Assembly (NCBI GenBank): GCA_050250375.1
Contig: JBFWOS010000003.1
Coordinates: forward strand, 559,286 to 623,285
Reading direction: 5' to 3'
Length of the DNA stretch: 64,000 bases
Source of the DNA: Candidatus Omnitrophota bacterium
GTDB lineage: Bacteria > Omnitrophota > Gorgyraeia > Zapsychrales > Zapsychraceae
Below are positions 54,301 to 63,300 of this stretch, one piece after another (position 1 is the stretch's first letter; every line of letters begins with the position of its first letter). A program made the translations under genes and the position numbers. The notes beneath the pieces are model-generated. The model did no database searches, had not been told where the DNA came from, and worked only from the letters and a program-made list of their open reading frames with translations.

Positions 54301-57300
54301 CCGGGAAACGCTGTTCGACCAGGATGTCGAACACATGTTTGTCGTAGGTAAAATGAATGCCCAATCGCTGCAATGCCCCTTCGTGCTGGGCATAACCTTC
54401 GCCGATCAGGATGGCGTTGTTGTATGCACCTAAGAATTCATGCAGGAATCCAGGGATAAATTCTTCTGTTAGGATCTCATTTCCGCCTAACGGTTGTAAA
54501 TCACGGTTGATATGTTCTTTTAACAGCAGATGCGCCATATCGATTCTGGCACCGCCGCCGTTGGTGATATCCAGGATGTATTGCATTTTCGCGGCCATCT
54601 GGGCTCTTAATGCCGGGTTCGACCAGTCTAACTGGGCGGTATCGATCCATGAACCGGAGAACCCTTCTTGTCCGTGCAGAATGGCTTTCGGCCCATTTGC
54701 TGTTTGGACCATAAAGTAACGATTCGTGTATTTCTTGACATCTTCGCGGTTCTTCAAATATTCACTCAGGGTCGTGACCGGTTCATTCAATTGAGCCGCG
54801 TCGCGTGAAATGAACCATTCCGGATGGGCGATGGTCCATGGTGAATCGGCGGCCATGTGGTTCGGAACAAAGTCGACGACCACTTTCAGGCCGGCGGCGT
54901 TGGCGCGTTTGACAAATTTGCGGAACGATCTCTCCGTACCAAATTCTTCGTCGATCGTGTAATCTTTAATGCTGTACGCTGACCCGACCCGTTTTGGATC
55001 CCACATCTTGTTGAAGTCTGTTGTAAATTGTCCTCTCTTCCAGATACCCATCATCCAGATCACATTAAATCCGTCGGCTCTCATCGTTCTGAGGGTTTTA
55101 TTGTCAATTTCATCGAACCGGCGGCCTTTTTCGCGGGTATGCCATAAGAATAAATGGGCGCCTTGTGTTCTGATTTCTTCATCGAGATCAGACCCTGGTT
55201 GCGTAGCGGCCGGGAATTCCCCGCTAACCTTTCGTTCAGCCAGTTCAAAAATTCTGCGGTTATAGTCTGCGTGGACTTTGGCCGCCGCGATAATCGCCTC
55301 TTCCTTGGCCAGCCAGGCGATTTGCGCATAATCCATATCCGGCAATTGCCGTCTCAATGTTTCCATCGCCCGTTGCAGTGTCTGCGCATAAACCTTATCG
55401 ATATCAACAGCCAGCTGGAATAAGATCATTTGTTGTTCGACAGATGGTACAACCCACTTTCTCAGGCTCGGCACATAAACCCGTTTGTGTTTGGCCACAA
55501 ACAAGTTTGGCGGTGTGCGTTTGAAATGAACGGTGCGTTCCGCTTCTTCATCGATCGGGGCGACATTGATCGCGTGGAATTTAACGGCGGTGTAATCGGC
55601 ATTGACCAATCCCGCGCTGTAGATGACAGATGGTGGTGCGTTGATCTGGTTGAGTTTACCGGATGCGGTCTGATCAACGATCACGTAGAGATTATGTTGA
55701 CGCTGCAATCCTGAGGCCGGCACCTTCGGCGTCACATCACCTTCAAGCGCGGCGGCCATAATACCAGCCTTCTTCTCGCCGTTGGCCATGAAGAATGTGT
55801 TGCGGGCTTCAAAGATATCGGCCAAGCCCATGGTATAGGCGTATGGAACCCGTCGGATGTCTGCGTAGTCACTGATGTTGGAATCAATCGTGCTTTGGGT
55901 CAAGCGGATTTGTCTTATTCTTGAGCTGAATTTATTATCGGCTGAAGGTTCATTGAAGGCCAAATGTCCGTTAGCACCGATGCCTAACATCACGATGTCC
56001 GCTCCGCCCATCTGTCTCAACGTTTGCGTATATCGTCTCAGATAAACCGGAAGAATGAAGGCTGTGTAGACCGGGCTTAAGATGTATTTGGTCACAATAT
56101 ACGGGATAGATTTATATTGGTACGGATCATATTTCACATAATCTGCGACCAGATGGATATTTTCTTGCGGGATCGCGACTCTGGAGAACAGGTTCTCGTT
56201 CAAGAAATAAGCGAATGACGCTTGGTGATCCCTGGTGAGACCTCTGTATTCATCCAGATGGAACGCGTTGATGCGTGACCATTCAATTCCTTCTATCCTG
56301 GCCAGTTCGTGCAGGAATTGTTTCATCGTGTTGCCGGTGGCAAAGATAATATTGATCGTTTCTTTAACCTTTAATAATTCTTTTATCTTGGCCGCGACTT
56401 GTCCGGCGGCGCCAGGGGCGAATTGGTCAGGAGCGTACACACTTACGTTATTCGTCTTCGCGGTTTGTTCTCCGGCCATTTGTTCTTTATCCGCATGGCG
56501 AACGGCTTTGAATGCGGCTTTGGCCAGCCAGACAAACGGACCGACGAAACCGATGAAGACCAGATACCATTTATTTCTTCTTAATTGGGCATCTTTAATG
56601 AAGAACCCTTTCTTGTTCACGGCCGATGAGTAGAAGATGTTGAAGAATTGAGTAGAAATACCGTCCAAAGCCACTGCAACCGCAGATAACGCTGGATGTT
56701 GAATCATTAAGCCGCGCAGGATCGAATAGAAGCGGGTCATCCAGAACGCTTCAAATTGTTTTTCGTGGGCCTTAAGCGCTTCTTCTCTTAATTGTTCAAC
56801 ATTGCCACGGATCAGTTCAACCAGCTTGCTATAACCAAACGATCTTAAGCGAACCATCGCCCCAATGCCGACAATCTTCAGGGCAGAGATGAAGGCTGTT
56901 TCTAAATCAGCTGGCTGGTCACCAAACAGACCCGGCATCACTTGGCCGGCCGCCCAGACAATGATAGTAATAGCCAAAGTACCAAGTGCGACGAAACGGG
57001 TTGTCATAAAGAAATTCCTGATTTTGAATGTCTTGAAGAAATTGACCGTGCGGGCTTCCACCATACTTCCAACGACATAGGTCAGGCCGAGGAAGGCGCT
57101 GATCGACAAGATCAGATATCCGAGCATCACACCTTTTGGCGCGATCACGGTGAAGTAGGCCAAACTCAAGAGGCCCATCGCGAGGCCTAACGGGAAGGCG
57201 AGCACGACTTGTTTCTTGATGATGCCGTGGCCACTGATCCACTGTCCGGTGAGGTCGGTGGCGGCCATAAAGATACCGAAGACGATGATATTGGCCACCG

Positions 57301-60300
57301 GAACGGCCACCACGCTGGTCAACAACGCGAACAGATATCCGTAGGTCAACAAGGCCAGGCCGGAGATCGCCGCCACGCTGATCAACGCCTTCACCAGGAC
57401 GCCGTTTCTCGGACGGGAAACTGGCCGTTCGTTCGTTGTTTTACGGACCGGCTCATCCGGCATCATGGCCAGCGGGGCCAATCCGTTCTCAATGACACCG
57501 GCGCGGCCGATGAACAGCGGTTCGATGAACCTGAATGAATCGGCCGGAACGATTTTGTTAACAGCCAGATGCTCCAGGAACAGCGCGGCGTTGAATACAT
57601 GCATGGTCGGTTCGCCGCTTAGATTGGATACTTGGTCGGCCGGGATCGCTTCGCGCATCTTCTCGATTTCCTGATCGGTATCGATAAATATGCGATGGCG
57701 CCGTCCGCGGGCGATCTCATAGGTGATCCAGGCCGGATCAGCCACGGCGCTGTAAACCTTAGGCTGTTTCAGGCCGTTCAATTCTTCTTTCTTAAGGATC
57801 AGGTAAGCGATATCAAATGAATAACGTAATAATTTTTGTTTGTCTTCGTTGCTAAAGCTTGACTTCAACACGTTTTGTTCGACCCTCTTGTTCAACCGTT
57901 TTAATTCTTTACGGTTAAGATCTCTGTCTTCCTTGATGAAGCTCAAAATTTGAGCCGGAACAACCCAGGCAAATCCGACTTCCGGAACAAAATTCCATTT
58001 AAACGCGGTCTTGACCGGAAGTTTGTAGGCAAAATGGTAGAACAACAGGATCGGTGAACGGATCAACCCGACCACAAACGATGAAACAAGATATGAAATA
58101 ACTGCGGCTGCCGCTGTAAAGAAGATGTTTCCGCCGGATAAGCTGAAATAGACGTAAGCCGTTGATGTTGAAACGCCCAGGATCTTGACCGTTTCGGTCA
58201 CGACTTTTGAGGCCAACAATGTATAGAACATGGCCCAGTAGCCGTTGATTTGTTTTTGGGTCAGACGGCCGCTCGCCAGGGCGCGGTGTGAAGCGAATAT
58301 CAGCAGTTTACGCAGGCTGTTGACTTTTACGGTCACGGACTTCTGGGCTGCCCGGCTGCCGGCGCGGGCCATCAGGAACATACCCCATACGGCCAGGAAC
58401 AGGACGAATTCAGCGATCCCCTGTCCGAATTTGTTTAAGGTGGAGGCAACGCCGCGAACTTCAGTTTCCGATTCCCCAATCGTTTTAACTTTAGTTTCAT
58501 GTGTTAATGAACGGGCGCTGCCTCCAACAGGTTGTATTTCTGAAATTATTTCTTGAGAGTCTACAGGGGTGATGCCGACAACTTCGGTTTCCGATTCCCC
58601 AATCGTTTTAACTTTAGTTTCATTTGTTAATGAACGGGCATCACCCCTGTTAGATTTTGTGGAGACAGCACCTTCAACTTTTGCTCCCGATTCCCCAATC
58701 GTAACTTTAGTTTCTGTTAATGAACGGGTGCTGTCTCCAATATGTTGTGTTCCTGTTTGAACTTCTGGTGAAATTACAGGGGTGATGCCGGCATCTTCAG
58801 TTTTCGATTCCCCAATCGTTTTAACTTTAGTTTCATTTGTTAATGAACGGGCATCACCCCTGTTAGATTTTGCGGAGACAGCACCCTGGTCTTCAGTTTC
58901 CGATTCCCCAATCGTAACTTTAGTTTCTGTGAACGAACGACGGGCGCTGTCTCCGACATGAGCTGCATCTCCTTGGAGATACATATCGGTCAATATTCTT
59001 AATTGGTCTGATGTTAATTGCGGATAGTTTGGTTCAATGTCGGCCTGAGGATTGACGCTGAGTCTTTCGGCCGTGAGAGCTTTTTGTCTGTCCTGGGCGG
59101 CGATTTGTGCGTTGATTTGTTCTGACACATCGCGGCCTTCTTCTTCCAGGCGGATCATATCGACGAAGAATGGAATCATGATGACTGGGTCATAGGCTTC
59201 CCAGCTGCCGTTGTTTTCACCGGTACGGCTGTATCTGAATCCGACATGGATATGGTCTTCAATCGGCCGGCCGTTTAAGCGGTCTGCGGCATTACCGGTG
59301 ACGCCTGAATGACCAACGACTTGGCCGAGTTCGACCTGTTCTTGCTGTTTGACATCGGATTTTGTTAAATGACTGAACTCGACGCGGATCCAGATACCGG
59401 CGACTTTGCGGTCAACAAAGACGACCAGCCCGTCTCTGCTTGTCTCGACTTTAAGGATTTGACCTTCCCAAGGCGTTCTGACCGGGGTATTGCGCGGCGT
59501 CAAGAAATCAACCCCACGATGATAATCGCTGTTTAATCTGAACGCGCCGAAATAATTGTACGGACGGATCAACCGTTTGATGACATCTTCAGGTTTTTCC
59601 ACCGCTTGAACGTCGGTTGCATCCATATTCGCCTGCTCAACGGTGTTAACTTGACCGACGGCCCGAAGGGAAAGAACGAGCAGAACGATAAACAACACGG
59701 CCGCGAGTATCACAGAGACCAGGCGTCTTGTCGGTGTTCCGGCTTTTCGGGCTGTTTGTTCCGCGGCGAACAGTTCAGTGACGGTGCGGTCAATCGGACG
59801 GTTATAGTCAAGCGCGCCAAGATTGATCACGATAAACAGTGTTTGATATTTTTTACCCTGATGTTCTTCGTCAATCGTAATGAATCGGTAAGCGTCCCGG
59901 CCTTCTTTGGCTAAAAGATCAAGCACTCTGGTCTGGAATTCCATGCCGCGGGAAGACACATTTCGATTAATGACGGTGTCGATCCCTTTGTTAAACAACC
60001 ACTGCAGCGTTATGCGGTAGGCTTCAACGGAATATTGTTCACGGATCAATTTTGATGAGCTGGTGGAAACGACGGCCGGTTTGCTCTTGCCCCTGAAGAA
60101 CACCCCGATATTCAAGTCGCCGGTTGTCTGGTTTTCACGATCACGTAAATCAAGCAGGATATGTGTCTCTTCCCGTGAGGTGCCGCGGACGTTGAGTCGG
60201 GCGATCTTGCCATCGAGGACGGTTCCGGCGAACATTTCTTCATAAACGGTGTCGGATTTTTGCTGATCGGTCAGGTCTAGATCGACCAATACGACCAGGC

Positions 60301-63300
60301 CGGTCAGTTCGTTCAGATAATTTTCAGAAACTTCAATACCGAACGTTCTGAATGCGTTTAATAATTCTGTCAGTTCTTTTTGGTTGGCGGCTGAAGTGAA
60401 ATAAGAAATACTTGTATTGTTCCGGACCGTCTCCTCATCCTTACCGAATTGTTGATGGCCAAACTCATGACGGAAGACATCCGCCAGCAATGTAATAAAT
60501 TCTTCAGTTGATTTTTTGCCGGCTGTGAATGGCGGCGCGCGTGCGAGGAAGGCGCGGTTGACCATCACGATACCGGCTGTTTCACTATATTCAGCCAGCC
60601 GCTGGGCCAGATCGGTAATTTCTACATGAGCAGCCTGAGCCAGCTTTCCGATCTTTCTTAAGGCTTCAGCCACGTACAATTGTTGATCGATTTCATCCGC
60701 AGTCCGGCCGGACGGGGTATGGCCGCGTAATTCAGCCGGATAATTATGAGATGGACGGTTTGTCATCGGATGGGTCAATATCCATTCCGCCATCAGCCGG
60801 CGGTATAAGGCGGCCGGGTTATCCGCCGCCTTCCTGCGGATTTCCGCGGCGGTCAGCCTGACCGCGTTCAAGACCCCGCGCTGATCGATCAGGCCCCGGA
60901 CATGTTCCAGGTTTTGCGCTGCCGGCAAGCCGAGGATATTCCATCCTTGCAAGAAGTTGCTGACAATCCCGCGGTGCCCGTACGGCGTCGCTTTCAGGTG
61001 GAATTGTTTGGCCGCGTAAGTCACGTCCAGCGAAAGAATTTCCTGTGTTTCCAGTTCGCCCAACCGGGCCATCTGGGCGGCCATATGTTCGATGGTGACG
61101 TACAGCCATTGGGCTTCCTTCGATAACGGGCCGTTGGTCAATTGATGGGACAACTGCCGGACCAGGCCGTTGAGCAGCTTGAAATTCATGGACGGCCATA
61201 TGACCGTACCATGATAGTTGTCTTCAAAGACTTCGTACAGGTCGGCTTCTTTCAGACCGTTACGGTTTTCCGCCGCCAGCGGAGCTTTGACCACACGTTC
61301 CGCAGCCGATACCGGTATGACGTTGGCCAAGACCGGCCCAAAGGTGGTGGCGTTGCCGCCCAAAGCCACCGGGGTCAAGATCACCCTCAGTCCCTGGCGG
61401 ATCTGCTCGAGCGTGTACCCTTCGGCGGTGGTCGTGCCGAAAGTCAGTTCGTCCGTATCCGGCAGGGTGATCTTTTGTCCACTGCGGTCCAAAGCGATAG
61501 CGACATATTCCAGCGTTTCATCGGCCAAAGCCTGATCCAGGAACCGTGACACGCCGGCCAGGAACCGTTCGACGCTGTTATTTTCGACGCGGATATTGGA
61601 ACCAATAATCTTTTGCGCGTCGGTGATCAGGGCTTTTACATACGACAGGTCGCCCATGCTTTGTTCGATTTCCCAGGCCATCCAGGCAAGAATATTCGTT
61701 TTCAATTGTTCTTTGGTACGGGTCACCTTAAACGGCTGGTCGGCCCCGTTCCAGACACCGATCAGCGTATCAAAGTCCACACCGACAAACACTTCAAACA
61801 CGCCGGCTTCCTGAAGACGGCGGATCGCCTTCAGGGCCATCGGCATTAACAGGATATTGATCAGGGCCGCATAGGCGCCGAACCCGAGAGAATTATCCGC
61901 GTCTCTCCATGTCATGCGCGGATCGTTGTCCCTGGCGCCGACCATCGTGCGGTATGTCAACGGCTGGGTGATGCCGCCGGCGATGGCATAAACATGACGG
62001 GAAACGTCTCTGAGAATTTCGCCGACCGTTCTGATTTCTTTTTGATGTCTTAGGAAGACCGGTTCGTTGTGGTCGAGAAGTTTATATCGCAACAACGTTT
62101 CGGCCAGGCTCAACAGCAGCAGTTCCGTATCCACCCGGTTGGCTTTAAACCGTTTCTCCGCGTGCGTCTTGCTGGCGAAACGGATATCGGTTTCGTGGGT
62201 CAACTGCCCTTCCCGGACCAGACCCAGCAGATGGATGAATTGCGAGCGCAGGACTTCCGGACGGACATAGCCGATCAATTCCCGCAGGATGATGACAGTA
62301 TCGCCGCCGAACGGCGTCAGATAATACGGTGAACCGGCCAGAATGGCGGCGTTCTTGGTGATCAGGTATTGACCGGTGTACAGTTGCATCATGAAGCGGT
62401 CATATCGGGCCGTACCGCGTAATTGTTCGGCGGCCTTAAGCACATCAGCAGTATAAAGTTCTTCCAGCGTGTAATGTTCCAGCGGCGTGTGGTTGCTGGC
62501 GATGTCCACCGTGAAGCGCACGGCCCGGCCGTCCGCTGGCCGGCTGATCACCAGACCGTTATTTTCGTTAACGGTGACGGTGGTGCCGGCGTTGAAGGCG
62601 ACCGTCAGGACATAATAGTGGGAGTCACCGTTGCCGTTGTCTTTGGCCGGCTGCAGGGCTCGCAGGACCACCCCTTGAGGCTGACGGATGATCTGCCATC
62701 CGCCGACCTTGATATCATGGCCGTTGCCGACATTTTCCTGAATATCGCGGTTGGCTTCCGGGTCATCCCCGGTGCGGCGGTTATAATTTCTGATTGAACG
62801 GCCGCTGCCGAACAGCATGTTGTCCAGAACCAGATCGCCTTGTGTTTCGACGGTCATGGTGTATCTCACCCCGCTGAATCCTTGCTGGCCGGCGCCGAAC
62901 GGTTGCCCCGGCTCGACGCTCATATAACGGATCGCCGGCACAGACGCTTTACCGTTGATCACCTGACTCATCTCGAAGGTAACCTTGGTGTTTCCGGTTG
63001 CCCGGGAAATATCGATGGCAGTGGTGTCGGCCAGATTGGTCCGCACCAGGTGGCTGAACAGGTTGCGGCCGGTGTCACGGGCCACCACATTCAGAATACC
63101 GCCCTGTTCTTTGACGACGACGGTATCTTGTTCATGATCGATGATGATACCGGCAACAGCTTTCGCGGACGCCAGACGGTTCAACGCCTGCATGTACTCC
63201 GTCTGAACGGTTACGCCGAATTTTCGATAAGCCTTCAGCAACTCGGCCAGTTCCCGACGGTTGACGGTTGATTGGAAGTACAGGATGCTGGTGTTCGCCT

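Noticed and set aside
33857-58930. Possibility that the TIGESETE elements are inteins, or insertion sequence, MITE or transposon ends
   Set aside because: At about 45 nt (~17 aa) they are far too short for an intein and lack the Cys/Ser...His-Asn splicing residues. They are in-frame, not interrupted, have no terminal inverted repeats or target-site duplications, and do not disrupt the ORF.
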